A DNA stretch of 63,924 nt, counting the filler, from Choristocarpus tenellus KU-1152 (taxonomy: Eukaryota > Protista > Phaeophyceae), in NCBI GenBank assembly GCA_964200185.2. It is 11 parts of 11 records of this genome, joined end to end, with 100 filler letters (N's around TTAATTAATTAA, not from the genome) between each part and the next. Parts side by side here need not be neighbours in the genome. Positions count along the whole stretch, not along the records: positions 19,281 to 27,240 come from CAXNAD020005339.1; positions 27,341 to 30,959 come from CAXNAD020018917.1; positions 31,060 to 40,429 come from CAXNAD020003735.1; 8 more parts are not named here. One strand, written 5' to 3'. The translations under genes were made by a program, and so were the position numbers. Below the pieces are notes generated by a model. It made no database searches. It was not told the DNA's origin and saw nothing but the letters and a program-made list of their open reading frames with translations. Below are positions 23,101-36,887 of the stretch, piece after piece (within the stretch, counting starts at the first letter, position 1; each line of letters begins with the position of its first letter).

Positions 23101-25676
23101 ACGGGAGCACTGGCTGCACGCCTGTACTTGTCAAGCAGGCATGGTGTATCAGTTGAGCCACGAATTGCCTGAAGATATGCAAAAGGTTTAAGCGGCCCAG
23201 AGCAAGGGGACTGGCTTCAGGATCTCACGGTTGGAAACCAATATCCTCTTTTTTCAAGTGTGAGCAGTTATAAACTCCAGGTTCCATTGTGGGGGATGTT
23301 CTTGAGTAGCTGCAGTACCTACTCATTGCACTTATGGGCAAATGATAGCTAAGCAGTATAGGTTGTGTAGTAGTAACGTACTGTGCAGCTTGTAACCAAT
23401 CCAGCCAAAACATATAGTGAGTCCCTGGCGCACCTCCCTTCCTGATTGTAGAGTATTTACGGCATAGGAGCCTGCCTCTCCACAAGACAAATTCCAGCTT
23501 CATTGAATAGGTAAAAACAGTCCACTCTGAACGAAAGGACTGTGCTTTCCCAGTACAGTACCAATTTGTTCTGAAGCCTACAAGAAAACCTCCAGGGCAG
23601 ATTCCCTTCGTGGGCCTGCTCACATCTGTTGTGAGGATGAAAATGCTGGCAGGCTCTCAGAATGTTGTGGAACACGACGAATGTGGTGCAGTGTGCCCAT
23701 CATGCCATCCAATGCTGGTTGGCTGCTGCTGTGGATAGTGTTCACTTCACAGGGGCCAACTGACTCTCTTCCTCCAGCCATGTGTATCCTTGCTCCAAGC
23801 TCTGTTATTCATCAGGGAACATGGAGAGAGACAAGTAATGCATTGATTACACAGAGTAGTATTTAGCTCTTGCTAGCCACTTCTTTCATACATTTATCAA
23901 ACTGACCCCAGCCATCAACAGTACACCTTCATGTTGGAGGCTTCTTAACTTTTATACTTGATAAAAAGCAACCGGTGTATATACTCAAGATTACACAAAA
24001 ATATGTATGTACTCCTAAGCACAAAAATTTAATACAGTTTTCCTTGGACGGGGAAAGGATAGACAACAAAGTAAGGTACTCCGTGATGACAATAAAAGGT
24101 AAATTGGATTCTTGGAAACATGATATCTAGATATTGTATATGCAACAGATGAAAGGGTGGCAATATGTCAAGAAACAAAGAGAGATAGGACATGTCTGTA
24201 ACTTTATGAGTGGAGAGCCTAGGTTTCAATGTGTGCTCAACCTGTATACCTTGATTTGAGGTAAAACAAATTACAGGTAGCCAGGTTTGGACCCTCTGCA
24301 TTCTGAGCCATCTTTCTTGCCCTCAAGACACTCTATTTCATTGCTCACTGAGCAAAACTATGTATACAAGATTGATATTCTCTCTTTCCAAACACAAAGT
24401 GACACCACAATTGAGCAAAGGCTCTTCCTGCGATTGCATAAAATGGTATATTTTGCCCTTTCTTGGGATCCTTAAAATGCAACCCTGCCTACCTCTCATT
24501 TGGTTTGGCTCTCTTTGCCATCTAAATACAATGCAACCAAGGAATTCCACTTGTACACAAACAAACCCCTCTTGATATTGAGGCCACTTTAGCTGTTTTT
24601 AAGAGAGGAGCACATCCTAGGAACTCTTGCCCACACAACATGGTGGTCAGCCTGCTATCACACTCAAATCCTTGTCCGATGTAGGATTGGTGGCAAGGTG
24701 TGTGCTTAAAATAAAGAAATATTAATTTAGAATTGTTGCACATGCTGGAAAGAATCGGCCCTTGTCAATTGAAAGTCCTGTGTATGGAAAACAGCAGCCC
24801 TCTACCTGCTTGGAGGAGCTTGTCTTTTTTCTTGGATGCCTTGAGCTGCCTTGCCAACCAGTTCCTGTCATCCTCTGGGAAGGAATTAATATTCGTGTCT
24901 GAGACCATCAAAGTAGGACGAAAAGCCACACACTGGCTCGAGTGGGAAGTGATAGTCATAGACACTCATGCTTCACAGCTGCCAGGATTACCTGTGGACA
25001 TTTATTTGCTGGCTTGGTTACTCTCACCTAATATTTCGAGCTTCCCTTTCATATATTTCAGGTCCTTCTTCATTGCAGTATTGAAGCTATCGAGTCTCAG
25101 AGCCTCCTTACGGTACCACTCACATTCATCCTCGAGTTTCTGAACCTTATCATTTCGCTGTCATAATGTCGACATAAGGAGTGTTTTTTGGGAGGCATGA
25201 GAAAATCTTGACTCGTTTAATTAAGAAGTAAGCGAGCAGGCGTTGAGGGTTTCATCCTCTGGAAATGTCACGGACACGGAAACAGTGACTTGCATACTCC
25301 CGTATCCCTTCCAGGTCCATACGAACAGATTCGTAACCTTTTCCCGTTGCTTAGCTTTGGCATTTTTTTTAGCAAGTACTGACGCGATTACCTGAAGTGC
25401 ATTCTCTGCCTCCACGACCCTCTGCCGTAGAGTCTGCAGTTCTTTCTGGACGGTGTACATGTGCGATCGATATGCAGCAAGAAAATCGCTCTCTTGCTTA
25501 GACAAAACCCCAGATATCTTCTGGTTGAGAGTGCTGACGACCTCTTGCAGTCGTGAGTGCTCCTCTCGAACCCTGGTCATAGCCTCGGGCTCGGTATACT
25601 CCATCACCCTAGGTTCGGTCAAAAATGTCTCCCCATGCCGAATAGACGCTGCGTTCCCTCCCTGCAATAATGCCAT
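20107..25676 (-). CDS. Coiled-coil protein, possibly cilia/flagella-associated (CFAP157-like); 7 exons: 25676-25392, 25157-25028, 24874-24806, 23801-23624, 23121-22953, 22796-22611, 20286-20107
   Basis: Complete ATG-to-TGA model with consistent phases. Motifs include KQESDFLAAYRSHMYTVQKEL, EWYRKEALRL, MEDFLVQCVNDTKRDIERRR and LEDFTPSDRRAVVETLLQRDDVLTHLFQLVFP. The family label is from recall and tentative. Confidence 0.82.
20817..20846 (+). repeat. Interstitial telomere-like (CCCTAA)5
   Basis: Seen directly; shorter runs occur at about 3340-3355, 29243-29257 and 57980-58000. Confidence 0.9.
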
Positions 25677-25979
25677 CTAGATTCCGCAGATAACTTTTCG
25701 GGTGGGTGTTTAAGAGTCTCCACTCTCCCGTCATCGACCTATCGATACCCCAGTTGACGCACCTCAATATCCCACGGTGGAATCGCTTTGACAAGGGATT
25801 GGTTACTGGTGAATAATTGAAGAGTTCGGAGCGTACTGGGTTTGATCAGCCGTTTCGACGGTTTCGACCCTTCAAGTTCCTGCATATATTGATGTCCTGG
25901 AAATGCGAATTGTCCACTGCTTTCCTCCTGCCTCCTTCGAAAACCCCCGAAGAATCGAACGACACTGAAACACCGTAGC

Positions 25980-26958
25980 ATGGAATATGATGTCTCGACC
26001 TGGACGGAGAGGACGGAGAGCTTTCTGGCATTGACGAACAGGTGAGGAGGACTCATCCTTTATAGATGTGATGAAACTCAGTCACTACGCCATCGCGTTT
26101 CGAACTTTTCTTATGCACAATCTCTTGCACTGGCATTTCCCTTCTCTTTACCACTGCATACCTCATCCTTTCCACCCTCGTTACTCTTCGCATCACCTCT
26201 ACAGGGCTGCGATAGCTTCTATCAGTTGCAGAAAGCCTCGTTTCGACGAAGCAAGCTATCTTCTCCAGAGGGCACTTGCCGTGGTAACAATGCCAATTCC
26301 ATCTTCAGCTTCCCCATTGCACCACGCTATGAGCCAAAGCTGGAAATCGGTTGTCCTCAATAATTTGGGCTGTATGTGCTGGCACCTGGGTAACCATAGC
26401 CAGGCAGTAGCATTCTTTACCAGAGCTGCAGCTCTCACACCCCAGCGCCTCATCATTGCGGTGAGGGCAAGAATAAACGCCACCATTGCCTCGCTTGCTC
26501 TAGGCCGACTGGGACTTGCATTTAGCCATGCAGTTGGGGGCTTGAAGCTAATCAGCAACTGGGAAGGCAAGAGTGGAGAAAGAAAAAAAGAATGCCAAGT
26601 TGCTGATGACGATGTGTGTACAGAAAGCACAATGTCGTGGGCACTGACCTGCAAAATTCAATGTTTGTACTTTCTAGGCGAGGTAGACCATAGGCGTGGG
26701 AGGTACTCTGAAGGCACTGAATGGCATAAACAAGCCCAGGCTGCAGCTAGCCAACGTTTGCACTCGGAGCATCCCATCATGGTTATGTTGAGGCAAAACA
26801 GTATCCAGTGTGAAAGAAAATTGCGAAGAATGTTGTTGCGGCAGAGGCGTCAGGCCCATGAGCAGGATTTGGAGGGATTGAAGGGCTCATTTGGCGCAAC
26901 ACCGGGTAGAATAGAACGCCGGCCACAAACAGCCCTCCCAAACAGAAGTGGGGTTTAG
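25980..26958 (+). CDS. TPR-like hypothetical protein; exons 25980-26041 and 26205-26958
   Basis: MEYDVSTWTERTESFLALTN(R) joins in phase to AAIAS...VLNNLGCMCWHLGNHSQAVAFFTRA...YFLGEVDHRRGRYSEG, which are TPR-like helices. Exon 2 is a long open frame. Confidence 0.75.
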
Positions 26959-28162
26959 CTTGGATAGGATGAAATCATGTTTGCTAGATAGATACAACCA
27001 GTATGAAAGTTATTTGCATAGAGGACTGCACCACACAAAGTAATTGTATAGTAGTAGGTTTATGGCATATGAGCAATAATGATTCTTTGAAAAGAGCATT
27101 CATCTATCATCTACTGTCCCAAATAGCTATGGGAGTTATGTTTTTTTTTGTCCGTTTGTTCATCTCATAAGCAAACACATGCTGATTCTTCTTTTACATA
27201 TGATGGCTGATACAGACCCAAAGTATCTGGGAGGGGGGGGNNNNNNNNNNNNNNNNNNNNNNNNNNNNNNNNNNNNNNNNNNNNTTAATTAATTAANNNN
27301 NNNNNNNNNNNNNNNNNNNNNNNNNNNNNNNNNNNNNNNNTTTTCCATATTTATTGCTTCCCTCCCCCTGCCCCCCCCCCTCTCCAGCACCATCAAAAAC
27401 ACACACCAGCTGTGGACTCAGAGATCGAGTTCAGAGTGTGGGGTCTCATTGCCCTTGCACAAGTGCAGCCTTTGTCCTCAAGGACATCAGCACCTTCCCA
27501 TCTGTCAGAGGGGACACTTCATCAACTTGATGATGAATCACATGAGGTGTGAAAGCTACCATAGAACCTGGTTGGTTGGCACTCTCTCTTAGCGCATGCA
27601 TGCATGTGGTATGTGGAATGTGGCATGTGTGAAGTCTATCATTTCTCTCTATGTACATCTTCTTGCCAAACCCTTTTCATCTCCACACCACTAAAAATGA
27701 AAAAACCCCAACAAACTATTTCAAAAAACAATAAAAATAGATATAAATATAGAGTATAAATTTATTTATTTCGAGGGTTTTCACCGGATTGAGTAGTGGT
27801 CATGGGGCAGGGGTGAGAGGTACAGTTCAGTTTTAAAAAACACAGAGAAATTTCTTTCATTTTTCCAGGATCAGGTCAGATCTCCGTTTTTTCTGGTCCT
27901 CACAAACGCACGGACAGACAAAAATGTAAAACATGTATAGTTACTTCGATATAATAGGTTGTATCTGTTACTGCAAACACCATGAATGAAACCGTACTGG
28001 ATTGAGAACAAGATCATGGAGAATAGAAGATTCAATAGAAGATTCTGTCCGATTACACTGAGAGAGAGAGAAAAAGAAAGGAAAAAGACCTTGATCGGGC
28101 GGTGCTTTTTCTCATTCTTACATCATCCGAAAATAACTCCGAACAATGAACAAAAATAAATA

Positions 28163-28372
28163 AAACAGTACACTATTCCTAAGTAAAATACCCCGAAACA
28201 GTACACTATTAACGAGTAAACAACAACAGTACACTATAAACAACTAAAAGATCAGCACACTATTAGCAAGTGAAACACAACATTACACTATTAACAAGTA
28301 AAAGTACAACAGTACACCATTAACAAGAAAAAAAAATTGGACAAAAAAATGGAAGAAATAGTACACTATAAG
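28163..28372 (+). repeat. Minisatellite, about 27-32-bp unit (ACAGTACACTATTAACAAGTAAA)
   Basis: About 7 imperfect copies are visible. Confidence 0.85.
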
Positions 28373-28897
28373 CAAATCAAATACGTTATTTTTTATTCCG
28401 CAGTGAAAACACGACAATCTGCATCCTCGCTGTACGTACTGCAAATCATAATACAAATCTATCTTGAAAAAATAATCATGTTCTCACTTTCTTCTTATAC
28501 AAAAGTAAATAAAATCTTCTGAAGGACCTTTCCACTTCAAAAAATAGGATACACCTTTTTTACACAGTTTCACACCACCATTACACCCATCCTTCATAAC
28601 AGTCCAGCACAATAAATTTATCCCTTGCCTATAAAAAATATCATCTCAATAATATCACGTTTTGCTTCTGCTTTTTTTTTGGGTGGGGGGGAGGGGGAAG
28701 AACACATAATGGAAAAAAATATGCAGGAAGTACGTCACATGAAAATTAAATTCTCCTCAAAATATTCCAAAACATTCTTCTCACACATGGAGATAACGTA
28801 CCATTTTTGTTTTAAACAAACGGACCCCTCCTAACATCCTCCCGCCCACACCCAACCCCCCACCCCCTGCCTTCCATAACCATTTCCATCTCCCCAC

Positions 28898-29091
28898 CTG
28901 AGGGGCATTCATCATGTCCTCATGTTCAGATTGCACATATTTGGCTAGGGTCCTGACATGCTCCTCAGTAACGCCATCAGAGCTACACATGAAAACCCCT
29001 CTCCACAATGCACCAGCCAGCAAGTCCAGCCTATCCTCCTCATCCTCCAGGGTATACGCATGATCATACTTGTGGTGTAGGACAAACAAAC

Positions 29092-29149
<58 letters not shown>

Positions 29150-30022
29150 GGTGGTGAGTAAGAAAAAGACAACCAACACAATTGAGGGATGACACACGCG
29201 CAGAATACATGAGGACAAAAAACGGACTAACTTTACAATTGGGGTTAGGGTCAGGGCTTAAGGCTTAGACTACAGAATATCAATGCCCAGGATAGTCAAG
29301 CAGGCACATAGGCAGGGAGGCAGGTTAAGTGCATGTAGCGAATTACCTTGTACTTTATTTTTTATATATTATCACCTGGTGTAGTTGTTAGGTAGAGATT
29401 TTTCTTCAAAACATATTTATATTTTATGTTGTTTGGTTTCTGTATTGTTTTTCCAAGGCTGATGTGGTCGTTTGGGGGGCATCTTATCCAATCGACAACA
29501 GTTGCAACCGTCTACTAAAAAAAAGAAGGCTTTTTAGTCCTACAAATATATTTATTATACATCATATATACCGAGGAGTACCTAAAAAAAAATGTCGGAT
29601 TTTGGTGTTTAGATAGATGGAGCCAGTTTTGTTTAACCGAAGTAACAAACAAAAAAGTGGAGGTGCGGTTATGTAGGGGTCAGGGCACAAAACACACAAC
29701 GAGAGAGCATATCACAACAACGATCTCATCACAACATTAATCTCAACATAACATTAATCACATCATAACATTAATCACATCACAACATTAATCTCATCAT
29801 AACATTAATCACATCATAACATTTATCAGATCATCAGAACGTCAATCGCATCACAACATTAATCTCATCACAACATTAATCACATCACAACATTAATCAG
29901 ATCATCAGAACACCAATCACATTACAACATTGATCTCATCATAACATTGATCTCATCACAACGTTACAAACGGCAGCAGAGATGTCGTAATTTCAAGGAT
30001 GTTAAAGTCATCTAAACCCAAC

Positions 30023-30053
<31 letters not shown>

Positions 30054-30553
30054 AAGTGTATAATATATATATACACACAATATATGTATATACCCATACA
30101 TTCGTACATACACATATATACACATACAGACATACATACATACATATAAAGTGTATACATATATATATATACACACAATATATCTATATACCCATACAGA
30201 CATACATTCGTACATACACATATATATTTACACATACTTACATACATGCATACACATACATTCATACCTACACATACATATGAGCAAATAGAAACACAAG
30301 TGGCCCTTTCAAAAGGGACACGTGCTTGCAGGTCATCATATAACCTTGCTAGGACTTCCTAGAGATTTAGTTTGGTTACGAGTGACAAAAAATAATGGAA
30401 AATATGTATGTATGTACATGTTTTAAAAAACAAGAGTGTAAACATTTAAAATCAATCGTGGGTATCACTGACCCCCATAGACCACACCTGTCCGATCGTC
30501 TCTCTCCAAAACTCGTCGAAGAGCAGCTCCTGAATCTTCTTTCCTTCCTCTCC
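28898..30553 (-). CDS. Ubiquinol-cytochrome c chaperone (UQCC1/Cbp3 family), internal exons 30553-30488 and 29068-28898
   Basis: GEEGKKIQELLFDEFWRETIGQ and YDHAYT...DLLAGALWRGVF...LAKYVQSE match Cbp3 motifs (FDxFW; YD...LAGALWRN; LAxYV). Confidence 0.8.
29093..29148 (+). repeat. (GATA)n(GA)n microsatellite
   Basis: Seen directly. Confidence 0.95.
29709..29962 (+). repeat. 17-bp minisatellite (ATCACAACATTAATC(T/A)C), about 14 copies
   Basis: Seen directly. Confidence 0.92.
30021..30281 (+). repeat. (TACA)n/(TA)n compound microsatellite
   Basis: Seen directly; it explains the spurious Y/I/H/T-rich ORFs. Confidence 0.95.
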
Positions 30554-31110
30554 CTGTCCACAAATTAATAAAAATGGACACAGCAAACTAAATACAATAA
30601 ATTAAACCGAACACAAAACATAGAAAAACAGAAAAAAATGGGAAAAAATGGAAAAAATTACGCCCAAACCCGCCTGCAACAAACCAACAAAAGAGAATTT
30701 AAATTTTAGACAATCAACTCTGTACTGATGGTTAAAATTAAATACGGATTAACAAAAAACTACTAGGATGGCGTACAGTCAGCAGAGGGAAAAAAATCAA
30801 TTGGTAGACGCAAAAAAGCAAATCCGTTCACAATCCGTTCACAATATTCTTTGCAACGAGGACCTACCCACTGCAAGCCTCTTGCCTGCAACCAAACCAT
30901 CCTTAGACAACAAAAGCCTCAGACAACATACCCATCACACAAAACAATCATGAAGGGGGNNNNNNNNNNNNNNNNNNNNNNNNNNNNNNNNNNNNNNNNN
31001 NNNTTAATTAATTAANNNNNNNNNNNNNNNNNNNNNNNNNNNNNNNNNNNNNNNNNNNNCCCCCTTGACCCCACCCCCCCCCCCCCCCCCCCACATATAG
31101 AACCAGTCAC

Positions 31111-32064
31111 TCGCAACATCATTATGAGCTCAGCGACCATTGTCTTTCCGCCTGACGTTGGTGCGGAATACACAAGGTCCCGTGTTCCCCCTGCTACACC
31201 TGGCTCGGCCAGGCACTCTGCCTGCCAGGGATACAAGTTCGTAATACCCAGAGAGCGAAAGTAATGCTGCCGAAGAGTCGGATCTAGGCCCCAGGAGGAG
31301 AAGAGTTTCTCCACTGAAGTCACTGCCTGTGGCTGAGGGGGATGCGGTGAGTAGATGATTGAGTGGGTGGGTAGGTGAATAGGTGATAGTTGCTCAGGTC
31401 ATAGGATTCCAGACCAAACTTTCGTTGGATAAAGTGAGAGAAAAATGGTACGGAAAGAGAATCCTCTTTTATCTTCGTGCAGAGTAGTTAATGTGACCTC
31501 TCCTTAGCAGATTGGCACTCGTTTTGGATGCGCTCGACCCACCTCAGTTGTGGGCACAGATCTCTTGGAACCACGTGGGGAAACTGGTCGTCCATAATTA
31601 CACCGCGCAACTATACATCCTCTCAGCGAAGCTGCTGAGGATTTCCCTCGTGAGCAACTCACGCTGCCTAAGTTCTCGGCAGGCGCCCCAATGGTGCTGT
31701 CCTTCGCACAGGACACACCGATAGCCTCGTTAGTAGGCACAATGTTGTGCAGGGAGTTGCTTTTGCATGTGACGATCACAGGATTACTTGTTGCAACGTT
31801 ATTGGAAGACCCTCTCTTGTATGCAATGGGGGATTCCTTGCCAATCACTCTATCATTGGTACGATCATCCATAACACAGGTCAGTGCTCTCTTCGACCTG
31901 AGTGCTCTATCCACTGCAGCGTCGCATTCTTCCAGGAACCCATCCTCAAAGTACATCTGGGTGAAACCAAAATCACTGGGTGATTTGCTTCCTCCACCTT
32001 CCCTATCATTTCCCACATTTCCATTTTTCCCCCATCCCCCCCCCGTTTGCGCAGACCTACTCAT
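31111..32064 (-). CDS. DNA polymerase theta / HELQ-type SF2 helicase N-terminus; exons 32064-31543 and 31326-about 31111; truncated by gap
   Basis: WGL...GITNLYPWQAECL...DLVYSAPTSGGKTMVAELIM gives the Q-motif and Walker A typical of POLQ/HELQ. Confidence 0.88.
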
Positions 32065-32225
32065 AAAGCCCGCCACTTCACAGTATCATGGAGAGGGGGT
32101 TGGAGAATTAGTTCAAAAAATGGTTCCTACATCAACCGGCTATATTGCCATTGACAGATTCCAATTTTGAATAATTGAGATTTCAACTTGACTCAGACAC
32201 AGTTCCCACTGTTCATATTGCAGTC

Positions 32226-34714
32226 ATGTGGCACCACGGACTGTCCTCACCGGTCCAACCTCCATGGTATGGACCAGGGGGGGTAGGAATGGCGTCTTTT
32301 ATCCCCCCCCCTCGCCTGCTTTTGGAAGCATCGGATGGGCGTTCGCATCTTAAGCATGTGGTTCGTCCGACCACACCCATGTGGAAACCATCACTTCGCC
32401 TGAAAATGCTCTCCTCTACAGCTGATGGAGAACAGATACCGGATACACCTCTAAAATCTGCTTATCTTACCCACAAGTGGAATCCAGCCCTCACGCTACA
32501 ACTCACCACGAGCTTTATGTTGTTATTGGCTGGCATGACCGGGTTCTTATCGTGCGCTGCAACAGTAATTGGTGCACTTCCGTTGCAATTTTCTGGGGGC
32601 CGGGCGGTGCACCATACCATGGTGTGCACAATGTTTGGCGTTATATCCTTTTTCAGCTACCGGTTTGTACCCTTCAAGAGGCCTCGATCCAGGGTGAGCA
32701 GTGCTCTCGTCCTTGCGGGCACCCAACTCCCCACCTTGCTCTAATGTAGTTCAAGCCAGCAAGTCGGAAGGGAGTGGAAAGATGATAAGGCAGGACCCTT
32801 ATTGTACTATTGTGTGTAGTCCGTTGGAGCCTTTGTCGAAAGTGTTTCTGACAAGGCGCCGTTTACCATGAGTTATTGTGAAGTCTTGGACCTGAGCTGA
32901 CAGATGTCTGAATGAATGCCTATTACTATCATACATTGTCAGGAGTCTCTGGACCTGTTGAGTTTTAGACTCTAGAGCATAAGATGTGGAATCAACACTC
33001 TTTGGCAAAAACTCCGCTTTCAAGATTATGTGGCATACACATATAGGTAATACCTCAGAATCACTTCTCCTGATTTTGTCTTCGATTCTTGAGTTTTAAT
33101 GCTGGACGTTACTTTTCGGTTTAGGTTTCAAGGGGGTCTCAGAAGGTGTTGTGCGAACGATATCCTGGTACTCAGTTCAACACATATAGAGGGCAATGTA
33201 TCTCTTCTGCAGAGGTTCCGTGGGGGTGAATGGGAGTTCAAATTCACAGTCTCCAAACCAACCTCGCACCTCTGCCCAGCATACTGCTTCTGTATAGAGG
33301 TGTTATTGGGAAGGTTTCTTATGGCCCAGAGCATGTCGCAAATTATTTCTTCAAGAAAATCAAGCGAAAATATTGGATCCTGGTGTCCTTCGGAATACAC
33401 AAACTACTATGAACTACATTCTTGGTACACTATAATTTTTTCTAGATTTTTTCAATTCCCTGAAGTCCCCACAACGCCATTGTTCCTTTACTCCCCTCCA
33501 AAATGATATGCCATGCCCCCAAGGGAAGCTCAAAAATTCAGGCTCTTCTTCATGTTTTCCAACATGCTGTTGCATTCTTGGTATCATTTATGAAAGGGAA
33601 AAGGTCACCCCTCAGGGAAGGACGATCTATGTTCTATGTTTGACTCCCCCCACTTGTTGACAATACTCTCCCCCCCCAGGTGAGGAATTTCTACCATATG
33701 TTGGACAAGCCTTCATGGGCGCCGCATCCAGTTGCGTTTGGTTTGGTCTGGCTTGTAGTTAAGCTCTTGTGGATGGCCGCTATGACCATGGTATATGAGG
33801 GTGTGGGTGGGAAGCTATTCAGCCCACCGATTGAACTACATTTGCTCCACCTGGCACTGGGTGATGTGTGGAATGTAATCTACTCACGGGTAAGCATATT
33901 TGTGGTGAGAGTGAGGTGGGGATATGGCTTGTAGTTCTTGAGTGATTTGCATTTGGTGTTGTTTTTGCAGTAAAAGGGTCTCTAGAGCAATATAACATAA
34001 GATGACAGGTATCCTTTGTTTACCTATGAGACAAGAGAGCTGTTTTTTCTTCTTGCCAGCTTCGCATGTGTTCAAGTCTGTGTTGAAGATGTTATTATTC
34101 ACCACTCTGGGATGTGTACGAAGCTTTCTATGTGTTGAAGATCATACCCTCAGTGTTATTCACATATTCTAAACTGTGGTTGATGCCAATTGCAATACAC
34201 AGCAAGTACTTACTCCACATATCAAGTACAAAAATCCAATTTTAGTAAAGCTAATGTAACATCCCTGGCACTACTCAATGTCTTTCGCGTGTGTCAAAAA
34301 GACAAACACACTTTTACCTAGAGTTTTTTTGTACGTAGCAATGATCCAATGACCATGACAAGGCACCAACCCCAGCACATTCAAGAATATGGGCACAATC
34401 CAAATTCTTCTCCCTCACACCCTCTCACCCCCCTGCCCCCCACTCCGGTATATTCACAGGAAAACCAGTTGGGAGCAGGACTGCCAATTATCGTTGCCCT
34501 TGTGTGTTCCTTCTTCGCCAGTGCAAAGGCTGCATACCGAGTTAATCCTTTGGCGGGACTGCTGTATCTGCCATCCTGTGCGTGGGGGTTGGTTGCTACG
34601 GCACTCAACTACGAACTCTGGCGCCGAAATGGAAAGCACCCGCTGTACCTTGTGTGCCAGTCTGCCAATGTAGTTGGCACCAATGCTAGCATTGCGACTA
34701 GGGGCGGGGGCTAG
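32226..34714 (+). CDS. TSPO: TspO/MBR family translocator protein; exons about 32226-32693, 33680-33889, 34460-34714
   Basis: FYHMLDKPSWAPHPVAFGLVW, HLALGDVWNVIY and VNPLAGLLYLPSCAWGLVATALNYELWRRN are TspO signature motifs. Both introns are phase-0 GT-AG. The start codon is uncertain. Confidence 0.9.
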
Positions 34715-36887
34715 ATGATGATGATAACCAGTGACTGCACCTCTTGTCCTGACTGGACACTTACCTTGCTTTTTTATCAATTGTTAGTATTGGGTGTATG
34801 TTGGAAATGGATGTAACTGTGATACAGTTTTAGGTCTCAGTATCTAGAGGATAGACAGCATGTTTGGCGCATTACTGTGGAGGAAGTGAAGTTCAGATTT
34901 AGAGGTCCGGGGAGGTTGCAGGCAGATGTATACTGTTGAGTCATATGCAACAACCTCACAAAACAATGTAGTGAGATGTTTCATAAGTGCTGGTAACTGA
35001 TACAATCTCTACAAGGGGGTTGTCATGGATTTTTAGGGGCTATGACTGCCCTGTGATATCTGTGTTTTGAGCAGGCGCTTTAGCTAACAACAGCTTCACA
35101 GGTAATCTTCTTCCGCAGCAACACCCGGGATTTTAAACTGCATCTCACAGGCATGGTGTATGATGTACAACATTCAAAAAGGTCGTTAAAAAGAATTGGA
35201 GGGGGGGGGCCAAATCGCCCCCCCTTGTTAGATGGTTTTACTTTGAAGTAGTTTTAGTAGACCTCTGTTGCTAGGTAGACTTTTGAACTACTACATTCCT
35301 GTGCTGGGACCAGCATAGGCAATTTTGGTAAATTCCGACTAATGAAATGGAAAAAAAGAATCAAGGAATACATACCGTTTCATATCTACTCAGTAGGCGG
35401 GTACCAGATGGAAACAGTCAACCACCAGGTACAGAATTTCAATCACTTGCAGTCCTGTATACAGAATACACGTAAAACAAAACATATTTTTCAAACTGTC
35501 GCAATGAGGAGGTCACTCATTTAGACGAGCAATGTTTTCTTTCAGGACTTGAAATAGATTCATGTTAGTCAATCCCCAAGTTTTTACAGCAAATATTATC
35601 AGTTGACTGAAACGCTTGCTTAGAGATGGATAGAGAACATTAATTGACTAGGGGAATCCCCTCAAAACTGGAAACCGGGGCTTTAAATCAGCGCACACGA
35701 AATCTGTTCTGTAAATGCCTCTCAGTGACCCGAGCATTTTGCCTTTATGTTGCTGAAGTTACCATAGTGGTTATAACTCTCTGTGTTGATGCGAAAACCT
35801 TTGGTAGCGCTGTTTAGAGGTATCCAAAGTTAGATCATGTACTAGGGACAAGATTGTGCTGAAAGATATTGGACGATCTTCTCAAACTCTATATAAATAA
35901 GTGTATTAATGCCAAGGGTACAATGTAGCTTTACAAAGAAAAATACCCGAATACGATAATACCACCATATGGCACGTCTGAAATTAATGGCATTGAAACC
36001 TGAGGTGAAAACTCAAAGCATGACCACTCTTGATGAAGGTAGTGTCCAACATGTTGAGATACGATATTCTCATAATGTAATCATATTATTAGTACATCGT
36101 AGAGATATATTTACCGATACATTTGTTTTTGATGGGGTTTAGAATTGATTGAGTCAGCTATCTCATTACATGATAGGGTGTTGAGAAACATTAAAGATGC
36201 GACTAAACTGTCCTGGATATATGGACTGGGAAATCTCATTTCATAAGTGTTTCAGATGTTGCATACTCTACCAAACTCAGTATGAGATCGCCCAGTGATT
36301 ACATATTTTCGTTTTTGATGCTGCCCTTAGTAAGTGATCTAGGAGGTAAGACATTGTTGCTAACTCATCAAACGGTTGCTGAAGTTACAATCCGGGGTAC
36401 TGCTGTAGAAGAGTCAGTCAGTTCACTAGAGAGCGATCTTGAACGACATACGTAGGAAAATAAATCATCCAGTAACGAACGATTGATTGTGGTGTATAAC
36501 AAAAAAAGTGCAGTTCCTTTGGAAAAGCACGTTTCATATAGGGCCAGCACCAAGCTCATCAGTGTCCATTCAGCTATTTCTATACCCGAACCACTTCAGA
36601 GGAATGAAGTTGAAGTCCAACATATTGAAAGTGCAACTCCATTTTCCTACAGTTTTTCTAGCATGTATTTACTCACATGCACTTTTGAGTAACACAAGAC
36701 GGCGAGTAATAATATAGTAACGAACACACTCCTACTGATGACCACTAAAGATGAGATAATAATGCATCCTTGCACTGATAGCCATAGATAGAAATGCATA
36801 TAACAACGACTTCAGTGTTTGCTGAAAATATAATATCCCGATGAGTTTTAATCGATGACGTATTTATATATATATTATTATTATCGT

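Noticed and set aside
28163-29962. CRISPR-like arrays in the 17-32-bp repeats (also 41820-41945)
   Set aside because: The units are head-to-tail without unique spacers, the context is eukaryotic intron, and there are no cas genes. These are ordinary minisatellites.
29956-30283. Overlapping Y/I/H/T- and C/M/Y/V-rich ORFs
   Set aside because: They are translations of a TACA microsatellite.
31691-32170. 159-aa plus-strand ORF and similar antisense ORFs (26256-26654, 16385-16696)
   Set aside because: They are shadow ORFs on the opposite strand of better-supported exons.
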